Origin: Alphaproteobacteria bacterium
GTDB lineage: Bacteria > Pseudomonadota > Alphaproteobacteria > MPNO01
Length of the DNA: 64,000 bases
Reading direction: 5' to 3'
Assembly: GCA_965248835.1 (NCBI GenBank)
Contig: CBDFLJ010000001.1
Location: 1,416,820 to 1,480,819, forward strand
Shown: positions 18,646 through 28,422 of the stretch, one piece after another
Layout of the letters: each line of letters opens with the position of its first letter
How positions within the stretch are numbered: the first letter of the stretch is position 1
Made by a program: the position numbers and the translations under genes
Notes under the pieces: model-generated
Seen by the model: only the letters and a program-made list of their open reading frames with translations
What the model was told of the DNA's origin: nothing
Databases searched by the model: none

Positions 18646-20321
18646 GGCCTGCGTTCGTAGACCACCTTTCCGCCGACGATCGTGGTTTCGGCCAGCGTGT
18701 CTTTGATGTCCCCTTCGGGACAGCTCAGCGGGTCGCGGTCGAGCACGACCATGTCGGCGAGCTTGCCGACCTCGAGCGAGCCCTTGACGTCTTCCTCGAA
18801 GCTCAGCCACGCGCCTTCGATCGTCGCGCAGCGCAGCGCGTCCTCCCGGCTCAGCGCCTGGCCGGCCCCGATCCGCGTGCCGGTATGCAGGTTCTCGCGC
18901 GCGATCGACTGCCAGACCGGGTAGAATAGGCTGGTCGGCACGTTGTCGGTGGCCAGCGAGACGTGCACGCCGTGCTCACGCAGCCGCTTGAGGGGCACGA
19001 TGTCCTCCTCCCGCGCCGGGCCGAGCTCTTCGAGCATGATATGGGACTGCTTGTGGATGTAGCGGTTGGTGTGGGTGGTCAGCACCAGGCCCAGATCGGC
19101 GATGCGGCGGACCTCGTCCTGGCTGAACGCGCGGATGTGGCCAAGGATCCAGCGCTGATCGGCGATCGGCACCACCCGGTTCGCCGCCTCGAACAGGTCC
19201 AGGAACTCGCCCCACAGCGCCGCCACCCGGATGCCGTTGCGCGCGGCCTCGACCAGGAAGCCGACCATCCGATCCTCGGGCACGCCGCAATCGTAGTTGA
19301 ATCCCGACCACCCGGTATAGGGCGAGGCGCGCGCGCGCAGCAGGCTGTCCTGGTTGAAGCCGAACTCGGTATACATGCCACCGACCGCGAGCCACGGATC
19401 GCCCAGCCCGCGCCCACCGAGCCAGCCCGACCACGACCTGAGCGCGTGGGTGTAGTCGATATCCCGCTCCGGCCCCCAGGACGGGCTGAAGACGAGGTTC
19501 GCCCGCACCGTTGCCTCACCCGCGGCATGGACCGCCTGATAGGCCTGGATCAGCTCCTGCGCGGCGCCATGCTCCTCGAAGACGCTGGTCGTGCCGGTGG
19601 CGTTGTAGACCCGCATCGCCACCTTGAGCCCGCGGACCCGGTCCTCGGCCGTGAACCGCGGCGCCATCTGGAAATGGCTGAGCTCGACCACCGGCATGAA
19701 GGTGTTCTCGTGGATGACGCCGGTGGGTTCACCGGTCTGCGCATCACGCTCGAAGGTGATGGTATCCGACGGATCGGCCGTCTCCCTGCCGATCCCGCCA
19801 AGCGCCAGCGCGGCCGAGTTGGCGACCGAGGTCAGCGGCAGGATGTGGCGCCAGAACCCCCAGATCGGGCGGATATAGACCGGATTGTCCGGCGCGACCC
19901 GGTCGAGCTCCCAGCGCGTCGGGAAGCGTTTCTCGGCGAGGTTGTCGGGGACGTCCCAGTAATAGGGCGGATCGCCGATCGGCATGGTGAGGATCCACTG
20001 GCCCGGCGTGGATTCGGCAACCAGCGCTTCGATGCGCTGCAAGACATCGTCGATCGAACGGCAGCCCGCGAGCGAGGGGAAGACCGGCTTCAGCCCTTCG
20101 CGGTCGAGATGGGCGTGGCCGTCGATCAGCCCGGGCACGACCGCCCGTCCGCCGGCATCGATCAGCCTGGTTTCGGGTCCGGCCAGCGCTTCGATCTCGG
20201 CCGCTCCGCCGATGGCCACAATCCGCTCGCCGCGCACTGCCACGGCTTCGGCGAGCCCGAAGGCGGGATCGACGGTGATGACCTTCCCGCGGCTGAGGAT
20301 CAGATCGACCGGGCCTGCCAT
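18642..20321 (-). CDS. amidohydrolase family 3 (metal-dependent TIM-barrel hydrolase, YtcJ-like)
   Basis: Starting at the internal ATG gives a 559-aa protein. The HxH-type metal motif (VPGLIDGHAHLD) and C-terminal ATDNVP/HxxD region are typical of Amidohydro_3. The first 291 codons of ORF 18642..21194 are an out-of-frame overlap with ggt. Confidence 0.75.
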   Translation of the reverse strand: MAGPVDLILSRGKVITVDPAFGLAEAVAVRGERIVAIGGAAEIEALAGPETRLIDAGGRAVVPGLIDGHAHLDREGLKPVFPSLAGCRSIDDVLQRIEALVAESTPGQWILTMPIGDPPYYWDVPDNLAEKRFPTRWELDRVAPDNPVYIRPIWGFWRHILPLTSVANSAALALGGIGRETADPSDTITFERDAQTGEPTGVIHENTFMPVVELSHFQMAPRFTAEDRVRGLKVAMRVYNATGTTSVFEEHGAAQELIQAYQAVHAAGEATVRANLVFSPSWGPERDIDYTHALRSWSGWLGGRGLGDPWLAVGGMYTEFGFNQDSLLRARASPYTGWSGFNYDCGVPEDRMVGFLVEAARNGIRVAALWGEFLDLFEAANRVVPIADQRWILGHIRAFSQDEVRRIADLGLVLTTHTNRYIHKQSHIMLEELGPAREEDIVPLKRLREHGVHVSLATDNVPTSLFYPVWQSIARENLHTGTRIGAGQALSREDALRCATIEGAWLSFEEDVKGSLEVGKLADMVVLDRDPLSCPEGDIKDTLAETTIVGGKVVYERRP

Positions 20322-21907
20322 CAGGCGCCGACCGCGTAGGCCTCGCGCCGGGTATCGGCCGCGCCCAGCAGCACGCCGTCGGCCCGTCGTTCGATCACCT
20401 TGGCCGATCCGAAATATGACGCGCCCGCCGCGCGCTTGACCGGGAAGCCCTGGGCGGCCAAGCGCCGGGCGACATCGTCGGGGTAGGCCTCGTCCAGCAG
20501 CGTCTCGCCGTTGAGGTTGATGCTCCAGCGCGGCGCCTCGATGGCGGCCGTCAGCTCGATGCCGCGGTCGACCAGGTTCGACAGGATCTGGACGTGCGAC
20601 AGCGTCTGGCTCGGCCCGCCCGGCGTGGCCATCAGGTAGCGCAGCGCGCCGCCGTCGAGGACCACCACCGGATTCAGCGTGTGGGCCGGCCGCTTGCCGG
20701 GCGCAAGCACGCCGGCATGGTCCGGGTCGGTGCTGAACCCGGTCATCCGGTTGTTCATGTGGAAGCCGGTGCCGGGATCGAGGAAAGCGCCGCCGAAGAC
20801 ATGGAACACCGACTGCACGACCGAGATGCCGTTGCCTTCGCCGTCGGCCAGCGTGATGCAGGACGTCCCGCCCGCCGGATGGGCCGCCGCCGCGGCCGTC
20901 GCCGTCTCGCCCCGCGCCGCTTCCCGCAGCCGAGCGGTGGTCGCGGCACCCAGCATGTCGTCCACCGGGACCGGGTTGGTCCTGGGATCGGCGATCAGGT
21001 CCCGGCCCTCGGCGAAGACCGCGCGTTGGGCGCGCATGAAACAGGCAAGCCGAGCCGCATCGTCCGCGGTGAGGTCCTCGGGTGCGATGCCGTCCAGCGC
21101 GTTGAGCTGCATCAGCATCAGCACGCCGTATGAGTTGGGCGGCATCACTCGGACGGTCAGCCCGCGATAGGTCCCGGTCAGCGGCTCGACCCATTCGGGC
21201 TCGTAGCCGGCGAAGTCCTCGGCCGTCATCACGCCGCCGCAGGCCTGGCTGTAGGCGCCGATCGAGGCGCCGATCTCGCCCTCATAGACGACCTTGCTGC
21301 CCTCATCGGCGATCAGCCGCAGGCTGCGGGCAAGCGCCGGCTGGCGGACGATCGCTCCGGCGGGCAGGGGCTCGCCGTCGGGGTAGTAGATCTCTCGCAG
21401 CCCCGGATCGCCCTCGACATCCTCGCGGAACAGGTGCAGCGCGGCGGCGAGCACGCGCGAAACCGGATGGGCTTCGGCGAGCCGGACCGCGTCTTCCATC
21501 AGATCGGCCCAGGCGAGCTTGCCGTAGTGTTGGTGCATGCGCTCCCAGCCGCGGACCATGCCTGGCACGCTGGCGGCCAGCGGCCCGCGCAGCGGGATGC
21601 CGTCCCGGTAGGCCGCCAGCGTCGCCCCGGCCGGCGCGTGGCCCGAGGCGTTCATGCCGTGGGTGCGGCCCTGCCTGGCGTCGTGGAAGAGGATGAACGC
21701 ATCGCCGCCGAGCGAGGTCGCGTGCGGCAGGACCACCGACAGCGTAGCCGAGGTGGCGATCATCGCGTCGACCAGCGAGCCGCCGCGCTCCAACACCCGC
21801 AGCCCGGAGATCGAGGCCTGGGAGTGGCCGGAGACCACCATCGCGTTCATGCCGTAGACCGGTGAGCGGGGGATCTTGACCCCGGCGAAACTGTCTTGCT
21901 TGGCCAT
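20321..21907 (-). CDS. ggt: gamma-glutamyltransferase family protein (Ntn hydrolase)
   Basis: The autoprocessing/nucleophile region (GGTSCITLADGEGNGISVVQSVFHVFG) and the small-subunit GGT motifs are present. The stop overlaps the downstream gene's start (ATGA). Confidence 0.8.
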   Translation of the reverse strand: MAKQDSFAGVKIPRSPVYGMNAMVVSGHSQASISGLRVLERGGSLVDAMIATSATLSVVLPHATSLGGDAFILFHDARQGRTHGMNASGHAPAGATLAAYRDGIPLRGPLAASVPGMVRGWERMHQHYGKLAWADLMEDAVRLAEAHPVSRVLAAALHLFREDVEGDPGLREIYYPDGEPLPAGAIVRQPALARSLRLIADEGSKVVYEGEIGASIGAYSQACGGVMTAEDFAGYEPEWVEPLTGTYRGLTVRVMPPNSYGVLMLMQLNALDGIAPEDLTADDAARLACFMRAQRAVFAEGRDLIADPRTNPVPVDDMLGAATTARLREAARGETATAAAAAHPAGGTSCITLADGEGNGISVVQSVFHVFGGAFLDPGTGFHMNNRMTGFSTDPDHAGVLAPGKRPAHTLNPVVVLDGGALRYLMATPGGPSQTLSHVQILSNLVDRGIELTAAIEAPRWSINLNGETLLDEAYPDDVARRLAAQGFPVKRAAGASYFGSAKVIERRADGVLLGAADTRREAYAVGA

Positions 21908-21933
21908 CGATTCCGCTCTCGTCCCGGTCGCGC

Positions 21934-23106
21934 TCAGCCCGGCGCCAGACAGGTCTCCACCAGCCGGGCCCAGTAGCTCGCGCCGATCGGCAGGATCTCG
22001 TCGTTGAAGTCGTAATTGGGATTGTGCAGCAGGCAGCCGCCGTCGCCCGGCCCGTTGCCCAGCCAGACATAGGTGCCGGGCTTCTCGTTGAGCATGAAGG
22101 CGAAGTCCTCCGAGGCGAGCTTGGGGTTGAGGTCGGCGTGCACATTGCCCGCGCCGACGACCTCGGCCGCGGCGGTTGCTGCGATCTCGGATTCCTTCAC
22201 CGCGTTGACCGTCGGCGGGTAGCGCTTCTCGTAACGGACGGCGGCGTCCAGCCCGTGGGTCGCGGCCACCCCGGCGACGATGCGCCGCAGCGCGGCCTCG
22301 GCCCGGTCCTGGACCTCGGGGCGGAACGAACGGATCGTGCCGCGCAGCGTCACGTCCTCGGGGATCACGTTCCAGGTGTCGCCGCCGTGGATCTGGGTGA
22401 TGGTCAGGATCACCGCTTCCTGTGCATCGATGTTGCGGCTGGCCACGGTCTGAAGCGCGGTGACCATCTCGGCCGCGGCGACGATCGCATCGGTTCCCTG
22501 GTGCGGCGCCGCCGCGTGGGTCCCGTGCCCGGTGACCGCGATCTCGAAGATGTCGAAGGCCGCCATCATCGGCCCCGGCCGCACCGCCATCTCGCCGACG
22601 CCGAGCCAGGGCATGTTGTGCATGCCGAAGACCTGCTGCATCGGGAAGGTCTCGAACAGGCCGTCCTCGATCATCACCCGCGCGCCGCCCTCGTTCTCCT
22701 CGGCGGGCTGGAAGATGAAATGCACCGTGCCCGCGAAGTTGCGCGTCTCGGCGAGGTACCGCGCCGCCCCCAGCAGCATCGTCGTGTGCCCGTCATGGCC
22801 GCAGGCATGCATCTTGCCCTGGTTCCGCGAGCGGTGCGCGAAGTCGTTCTTCTCCTCGATATGCAACGCATCCAGATCGGCGCGCAGCCCGATTGTCTTG
22901 CCCGCGCCGCGGCTGCCCTCCAGCGTGCCCACCACGCCGGTCCCGGCAAGCCCGCGATGGGTTGCGATCCCGAGCTCGGCCAGCCGGTCGGCGACGAACT
23001 GCGCGGTCTCGTGCTCTTCGAAGGCGGTCTCCGGGTGCGTGTGCAGGTGCCGCCGCCAAGCGGTCATTTCGTCGTGGAACTCCGCGATTCGATTGATGAC
23101 CGGCAT
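21934..23106 (-). CDS. M20 family amidohydrolase (hippurate hydrolase / N-acyl- or N-carbamoyl-L-amino-acid amidohydrolase type)
   Basis: The translation starts MPVINRIAEFHDEMTAWRRHLHTHPE. Metal ligands (HACGHDGH) and a dimerisation domain are present. Confidence 0.8.
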   Translation of the reverse strand: MPVINRIAEFHDEMTAWRRHLHTHPETAFEEHETAQFVADRLAELGIATHRGLAGTGVVGTLEGSRGAGKTIGLRADLDALHIEEKNDFAHRSRNQGKMHACGHDGHTTMLLGAARYLAETRNFAGTVHFIFQPAEENEGGARVMIEDGLFETFPMQQVFGMHNMPWLGVGEMAVRPGPMMAAFDIFEIAVTGHGTHAAAPHQGTDAIVAAAEMVTALQTVASRNIDAQEAVILTITQIHGGDTWNVIPEDVTLRGTIRSFRPEVQDRAEAALRRIVAGVAATHGLDAAVRYEKRYPPTVNAVKESEIAATAAAEVVGAGNVHADLNPKLASEDFAFMLNEKPGTYVWLGNGPGDGGCLLHNPNYDFNDEILPIGASYWARLVETCLAPG

Positions 23107-23267
23107 GCAGGGGGCCTCCGTGGTCCGGCCGGGATGGTCACCGGCCGACCAGGCGGTGTCAAGGCCGGGCGATGTCTGATATCCGTCCGAGCCAGGTCGG
23201 CGACGGCGGTTGATCGCCGAGGCTGTGGGCGCTATCACCGGGGCTAGACCGAACGGGAGGCGAGACG

Positions 23268-24314
23268 ATGAACCAGGGACCGCGCGGGCCGGCGGCCCGG
23301 TCTTCCGGCGCCGGCCGGCCGCCGATCGGGCCGCGCTATCAGCCGCGCCCGCTGCTTAAGCCCTCCGACGGGTTCGGCCGCGGCGCGGCCGCGATCACCG
23401 GCGGACGCAAGGACATCCTGTGCGCCATCGGCATCGATGTCGATGCGGTGGCCGGCTGGCTCGGCTCCTATGGCGGGGAGAACTCGCCGTGCGACATCTC
23501 GCGCGGGATGTTCTCCGGCGAGGTCGGCACGCCGCGCCTGGTCAGGCTGTTCGACCGGCTTGGCCTGCGCACCACCTGGTTCATCCCCGGCCATTCGATC
23601 GAGACCTTCCCCGTGCAATGCCGCATGGTGGTCGATGCCGGCCATGAGATCGGCATGCACGGCTACAGCCACGAGAACCCGATCGCCATGACGCCGGAGC
23701 AGGAAGAGGCGGTCATGGACAAGTGCATCGCGCTGATCGAGCGGCTGTGCGGGCGCCGGCCGACCGGCTATGTCGCGCCGTGGTGGGAGTTCAGCCCGGT
23801 CACCAACGAGCTCCTGCTCAAGAAAGGCATCAAGTACGACCACAGCCTGATGAACGACGACTTCCACCCGTTCTACGTCCGGGTCGGCGATAGCTGGACG
23901 CTCATCGACTACGCGCAGCACCCCGATGCGTGGATGAAGCCGTTGGTACGCGGCGAAGAGACCGACCTGATCGACATCCCCGGCAACTGGTACCTCGACG
24001 ACCTGCCGCCGATGATGTTCATCAAGTCGGCACCCAATAGCTTCGGTTTCATCAACCCGCGCGACATCGAGGAGCTCTGGCGCGACCAGTTCGACTGGGT
24101 CTACCGCGAGTACGACTACGCGGTGTTCACGATCACCATACACCCCGACGTCTCGGGCCGGCCGCAGGTGCTCGCCATGCTGGAGCGGGTCTATGAGCAC
24201 ATCGCGGGGCACACCGGCGTGCGGTTCTGCACCTTCGATGAGATCGCCGAGGATTTCCGCGTACGCTACCCGCGCGACCAGGCCGCCCGGCCGCATTCCG
24301 AGACCGCCGCATAG
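23268..24314 (+). CDS. polysaccharide deacetylase (NodB-fold) family protein, PuuE-allantoinase-like
   Basis: The NodB-homology region includes [14 protein letters not shown]. Confidence 0.7.
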   Translation: MNQGPRGPAARSSGAGRPPIGPRYQPRPLLKPSDGFGRGAAAITGGRKDILCAIGIDVDAVAGWLGSYGGENSPCDISRGMFSGEVGTPRLVRLFDRLGLRTTWFIPGHSIETFPVQCRMVVDAGHEIGMHGYSHENPIAMTPEQEEAVMDKCIALIERLCGRRPTGYVAPWWEFSPVTNELLLKKGIKYDHSLMNDDFHPFYVRVGDSWTLIDYAQHPDAWMKPLVRGEETDLIDIPGNWYLDDLPPMMFIKSAPNSFGFINPRDIEELWRDQFDWVYREYDYAVFTITIHPDVSGRPQVLAMLERVYEHIAGHTGVRFCTFDEIAEDFRVRYPRDQAARPHSETAA

Positions 24315-24328
24315 CGGCGGCAGCGGCG

Positions 24329-24661
24329 ATGTGCAGCCTCTGCGGGGTCCTCGGCGGGCGGATCCATTGGAGCGAGGCCGCCAGCGCGCCCGAGGCCTTC
24401 GTCAGCCGGAAGGACCCGGTGACCCGACGGCGCGAGCGCCAGAACCGGACCCGTATCGCCAACGCGGTCCTCGAAGAGTACGGCCTGGTGCTGTCCGAAT
24501 GGGCGGGACCGTCCTACGTGCTTGCCAGCCGCACCGGCAGGACCACGCTGGTCGACAATTTGACCGAGCTGTGGGCCGCGGCGGAAAAGCTCGCCCGCCG
24601 GCCGTGCGATCCGCTCGATGATCGCCTGATTGCCGCTCTGGAGCGCCGCGGCGGTGGCTGA
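24329..24661 (+). CDS. hypothetical small protein (110 aa) with N-terminal MCSLCG Cys pair
   Basis: The ORF has strong GC3 codon bias. It starts 14 nt after the deacetylase stop, and its stop overlaps the GTG start of the COG0523 gene by 8 nt. I recognise no family. Confidence 0.5.
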   Translation: MCSLCGVLGGRIHWSEAASAPEAFVSRKDPVTRRRERQNRTRIANAVLEEYGLVLSEWAGPSYVLASRTGRTTLVDNLTELWAAAEKLARRPCDPLDDRLIAALERRGGG

Positions 24662-25667
24662 GCCGGCGGTGCCGATCCCGGTCAACGTGCTGACCGGCTT
24701 CCTCGGCAGCGGCAAGACGACGCTGCTGCGGCGCATGCTGGCCGCTCCGGGCATGGGCGAGACCGCGGTGCTAATCAACGAGTTCGGCGAGGTCGGTCTC
24801 GACCATCACCTGATCGAGCACGCGACCGAGAGCACGCTGGTGCTGGAGAACGGCTGCGTGTGCTGCGCCATGCGCGGTGATCTGCAGGCCGCCCTGCGCG
24901 ACCTGCTGTCGCGCCGCGACCGCGGCCAGGTGCCGTATTTCCGGAAGGTCGTCATCGAGACCTCGGGCCTCGCCGATCCGGTGCCGATCATCTACACCGT
25001 GACCGCCGAGCCGGTCATCCGGCACCATTTCCGTATCGGCTCGGTTCTGACGGTCGTCGATGCGGTGAACGGGGCGGCACAGCTCGACCGGTTCCCGGAA
25101 TCGGTCAAGCAAGTCGCGGTCGCCGACCGCATCCTTGTCACCAAAACCGACCTTGCGGGCCAAGAGCGGGGGCCGTCCTTGCGGGCGGTGCTGGGCCGGA
25201 TCAATTCGGCCTGCGAGATCATCGATTGCACCGAGGTGTTGCCGGCAATCGAGGATCTGCTGGCCGATGGGGCGGCGGTGCGAGAGTGGGTGAACGGGGC
25301 GGCGGCGGCCGATCACGCCCATGCAAGCGGGGTCAGCTCATTCACGATGTGGTTCGACGGCGCGCTCGATTGGACGGCCTTCGGCATCTGGCTCACCATG
25401 CTGCTCAACCGCCACGGCGAGGCGGTGCTCCGCGTCAAGGGCATGCTCAACGTGGCGGGGGTGGCCGATCCCGTGCTGATCAACGGCGTCCAGCACCTTG
25501 TGCACCCGCCGGCCCACCTTGCAAGCTGGCCGGACGAAGACCGGCGCTCGCGGATCGTCTTCATCGTCCGCGATATCGACGAGGCGCGGATCAGACGATC
25601 GCTGGAAGCGTTCAACGCGCTGGCCGCCCGGCGGCCGGGCGATCGGGCTGCTATGCCGGAGGGTTAG
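24654..25667 (+). CDS. COG0523-family GTPase (CobW/ZigA/YeiR-like putative metallochaperone)
   Basis: The P-loop (GFLGSGKTTLL), the CxCC metal motif (GCVCCAMRGD) and a His/Asp-rich segment before the C-terminal domain are present. The likely start is GTG 24654. Confidence 0.8.
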   Translation: MAEPAVPIPVNVLTGFLGSGKTTLLRRMLAAPGMGETAVLINEFGEVGLDHHLIEHATESTLVLENGCVCCAMRGDLQAALRDLLSRRDRGQVPYFRKVVIETSGLADPVPIIYTVTAEPVIRHHFRIGSVLTVVDAVNGAAQLDRFPESVKQVAVADRILVTKTDLAGQERGPSLRAVLGRINSACEIIDCTEVLPAIEDLLADGAAVREWVNGAAAADHAHASGVSSFTMWFDGALDWTAFGIWLTMLLNRHGEAVLRVKGMLNVAGVADPVLINGVQHLVHPPAHLASWPDEDRRSRIVFIVRDIDEARIRRSLEAFNALAARRPGDRAAMPEG

Positions 25668-26184
25668 CCCGCCCGCCGTTGTCCCGCAGGCGGCCGTGGC
25701 TCGGGCGCCAGCCGGTGCGGAAGGCGCCTACCAATCGATGCAGCAAATAGAACGCGATCGCCAGTAGAATCAGGACGATGATCTTCAGGACCAGCCCGCC
25801 GAAGATCGGGTCCAGCGTGGCGCCCCGGCTGATCAGGTGCTCGATCAGCATCACCAGCGCCTGCAGGGTCGCGCCGGCGCAGACGATCACCGCGATCAGG
25901 ATGGCGATCTGCAGCGTATCGAAGACCAGGCCCTCGGCCCCGAGATCGCCGGTCGCGCGGACGATGTTGTGGCGAAGCGACTGCCAGTGGGCGATCACAT
26001 AGCCGATCAGCCCGACCACGGCAGCGAACCAGAACACGATGTTGGAGGCCCGGACGTCGTCGACGCCGCCGGCGATGAAGGCCTCAAACGGCTGGTAGAA
26101 ATAGAGGAACACCAGCACCACCACCAGCCCGGCGGGGACGATCCACAAAAACGGTCTTCTGGGTGAATCGGTGTCGGTGCTCAT
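25651..26184 (-). CDS. hypothetical 4-TM membrane protein (paralog of 39148..39609)
   Basis: The translation from the internal ATG starts MSTDTDSPRRPFLWIVPAG. It has four hydrophobic helices and motifs shared with the second copy (FLYFYQPFEAF, IVFWFAAVVGLIGY..HWQSLRHNIVR, ILIAVIVCAGATLQAL). Confidence 0.55.
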   Translation of the reverse strand: MSTDTDSPRRPFLWIVPAGLVVVLVFLYFYQPFEAFIAGGVDDVRASNIVFWFAAVVGLIGYVIAHWQSLRHNIVRATGDLGAEGLVFDTLQIAILIAVIVCAGATLQALVMLIEHLISRGATLDPIFGGLVLKIIVLILLAIAFYLLHRLVGAFRTGWRPSHGRLRDNGGRANPPA

Positions 26185-26344
26185 TGCCCGGCCGGGTCGT
26201 CGCCTCGATGACGTCAGCCTATACCAACGCACCCCGCCGCGTCGACCGGCGGACTCCGTTGACCACCTGTGACAGGTGGTAGATCATTGAAAGCGAGGCG
26301 AAGAACCGGTGATCGGGCCGAAAACGGCGTCTTTGGAACGGGTC

Positions 26345-28402
26345 ATGACAGCGCGTCTTGGTATCGATGTCGGCGGCACTTTCACCGATCTGTTGCTGTT
26401 CGACGACGATTCGGGCGCGATGCACTTCCTCAAGACGCCGTCCACGCCGCACGATCAGTCGATCGGCATCCTGACCGGAATCGAGAAGATCCTCGCGGAG
26501 TCCGGCATGGCGCCGGCGGACATCCGCGGGCTGCTCCACGGCACCACGGTCTCGACCAATATCGTCCTGGAAGAAAAGGGCGCGAAGGTCGGCCTGCTGG
26601 TGACCGAGAACTTCGAACAGGTCCTCCACCTCGCCCGGTCGCAGACGCCGGGACCGCTTGCGGGCTGGATCACCATGATCAAGCCCGAGCCGCTGGCCGA
26701 TCTGGCGCTGACCCGCGGCATCGCCGAGCGGATCAACGCCCGCGGCCAGGTTCTCAAGCCGCTGGAGGAGGAAAGCGCCCGCGCGGCGGTCCGCGAATTG
26801 ATCGATCAGGGCGTGGAATCGATCACCATCTCGCTGTTGCACTCCTACGCCAATCCGAGCCACGAGCAGCGCCTGAAAGCGATTGCGGAGAGCTTCGACG
26901 CGGGACTCCCGCTGTCGCTGTCCTCGGAGATCCTGCCCGAGTTCCGCGAGTACGAGCGCACATTGGTCACGGTCATGAACGCCTATGTCGGACCCAGCAT
27001 GCGGAACTATCTGCGGCAGTTCGAAGACAAGCTGCGCGGCATCGCGTTCTCGCCCAAGGTCAACATCGTGCGCTCCGACGGCGGGCTGATGAGCGTTGCC
27101 CGCGCCTCGGAATCGCCGGTGCACACGATGCTGTCCGGGCCGGCGGGCGGAGTCTCCGGAGCTGCGTTCGTCTCGACGATCGCCGGCCAGACCGATGCGC
27201 TGGGCTTCGACATGGGCGGCACGTCGACCGACGTCTCGCTGATCCAGAACGGCCGGCCGACGATCTCGCGCCAGACCACGCTCGGCTACTATCCGGTCAA
27301 GGTGCCCTCGGTCGAGGTCCACAGCGTCGGCGCCGGCGGCGGCTCGATCGCCCATGTGCCGATGACCGGCGCGCTGCGCGTCGGGCCGGAGAGCGCCGGC
27401 GCGGTGCCGGGTCCGGCCTGCTATGGGCGCGGCGGCACCGAGCCCACGGTGACCGATGCCAACGTCGTCCTCGGACGGCTGCCGCCGATGCTGCTGGGCG
27501 GGGAGATGAGACTCGACGTCAACGCCGCCGAGGAGGCGGTCACCAAGGTCGCCCGCGCTCTCGGGCTCGATCCGCTGCAGGCGGCCCAGGGCATCCTCGA
27601 CATCGTCAACGAGAACATGTTCGGCGCCCTTCGCCTGGTCACCGTGCAGAAGGGTTTCGACCCGCGCGATTTTGCGCTGGTCGCCTTCGGCGGGGCGGGT
27701 CCGCTGCACGGCAACGCGATCGCCATGCTGGCCGGGTGCTATCCGGTCATTGTGCCGGCCACGCCCGGCGTGCTGTCCGCGTTGGGCTTTCTGTATTCCG
27801 ACGTGAAGAACGAGTTCGCCCAGACCTTCATCCGCAACATCGTCGATGCGCAACCCGGCGAGGTCGCCGAGGTGCTCGGCCGTCTCGGCGGCGAGGCGCG
27901 CGGATGGCTGGCCGAGGAGGGTGTGCCGCCGGACGGCCAGGACGTCCATTTCGAGGTCGACGTCCGGTATTTCCGCCAGGGCTACGAGGTCTCGCTCGAG
28001 GTCGCGCCCGACGGGCTCGGCGCCGAGGCGCTGGCCGACATCGGCCGCCGGTTCGGCGCCGTGCACGAGCGGCTCTACGGGTTCAAGCTGGAGACGCTGG
28101 TCGAGCTGGTCAATCTGCGCGCGGTCGGCGTCGGCCGCGTGCCGAAGGTCGATATCCCGCGCTTCGAACACGAGGGCGAGGACGCATCGGCCGCCGTCGT
28201 CGACCAGCACCGGGTCTATATCGACAACGGCTTCGTCGCGTCGAAGATCTACGACCGCATCCTGCTCCGAGCGGGCAACGTCATCGCCGGCCCGGCCGTG
28301 GTCCAGCAGAAGGATTCAACGACGTTGATCCACCCCGGCCATGTCGGCGTAGTCGATGCGTTTCTGAACATCGTCATTCGTCCCGAGGCGATGAATGCGT
28401 AG
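26345..28402 (+). CDS. hyuA: hydantoinase A / N-methylhydantoinase A / acetone-carboxylase-beta family (HyuA, ATP-hydrolysing subunit)
   Basis: The N-terminus has the actin-fold motif (MTARLGIDVGGTFTDLLLFDDDSGAMHFLKTPST). The Hydant_A middle domain (DMGGTSTDVSLI) is present. Confidence 0.85.
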   Translation: MTARLGIDVGGTFTDLLLFDDDSGAMHFLKTPSTPHDQSIGILTGIEKILAESGMAPADIRGLLHGTTVSTNIVLEEKGAKVGLLVTENFEQVLHLARSQTPGPLAGWITMIKPEPLADLALTRGIAERINARGQVLKPLEEESARAAVRELIDQGVESITISLLHSYANPSHEQRLKAIAESFDAGLPLSLSSEILPEFREYERTLVTVMNAYVGPSMRNYLRQFEDKLRGIAFSPKVNIVRSDGGLMSVARASESPVHTMLSGPAGGVSGAAFVSTIAGQTDALGFDMGGTSTDVSLIQNGRPTISRQTTLGYYPVKVPSVEVHSVGAGGGSIAHVPMTGALRVGPESAGAVPGPACYGRGGTEPTVTDANVVLGRLPPMLLGGEMRLDVNAAEEAVTKVARALGLDPLQAAQGILDIVNENMFGALRLVTVQKGFDPRDFALVAFGGAGPLHGNAIAMLAGCYPVIVPATPGVLSALGFLYSDVKNEFAQTFIRNIVDAQPGEVAEVLGRLGGEARGWLAEEGVPPDGQDVHFEVDVRYFRQGYEVSLEVAPDGLGAEALADIGRRFGAVHERLYGFKLETLVELVNLRAVGVGRVPKVDIPRFEHEGEDASAAVVDQHRVYIDNGFVASKIYDRILLRAGNVIAGPAVVQQKDSTTLIHPGHVGVVDAFLNIVIRPEAMNA

Positions 28403-28422
28403 ATCAAGGAGATCCTTCCGCG

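Noticed and set aside
26269-28422. 5' two-thirds of the 1484-aa plus-strand ORF (26269..30723) overlapping hyuA in another frame
   Set aside because: Only the part from the ATG at 28423 (preceded by AAGGAG) encodes the HyuB-family protein. The upstream portion is an alternate-frame read-through across hyuA with Arg/Pro-rich nonsense composition.
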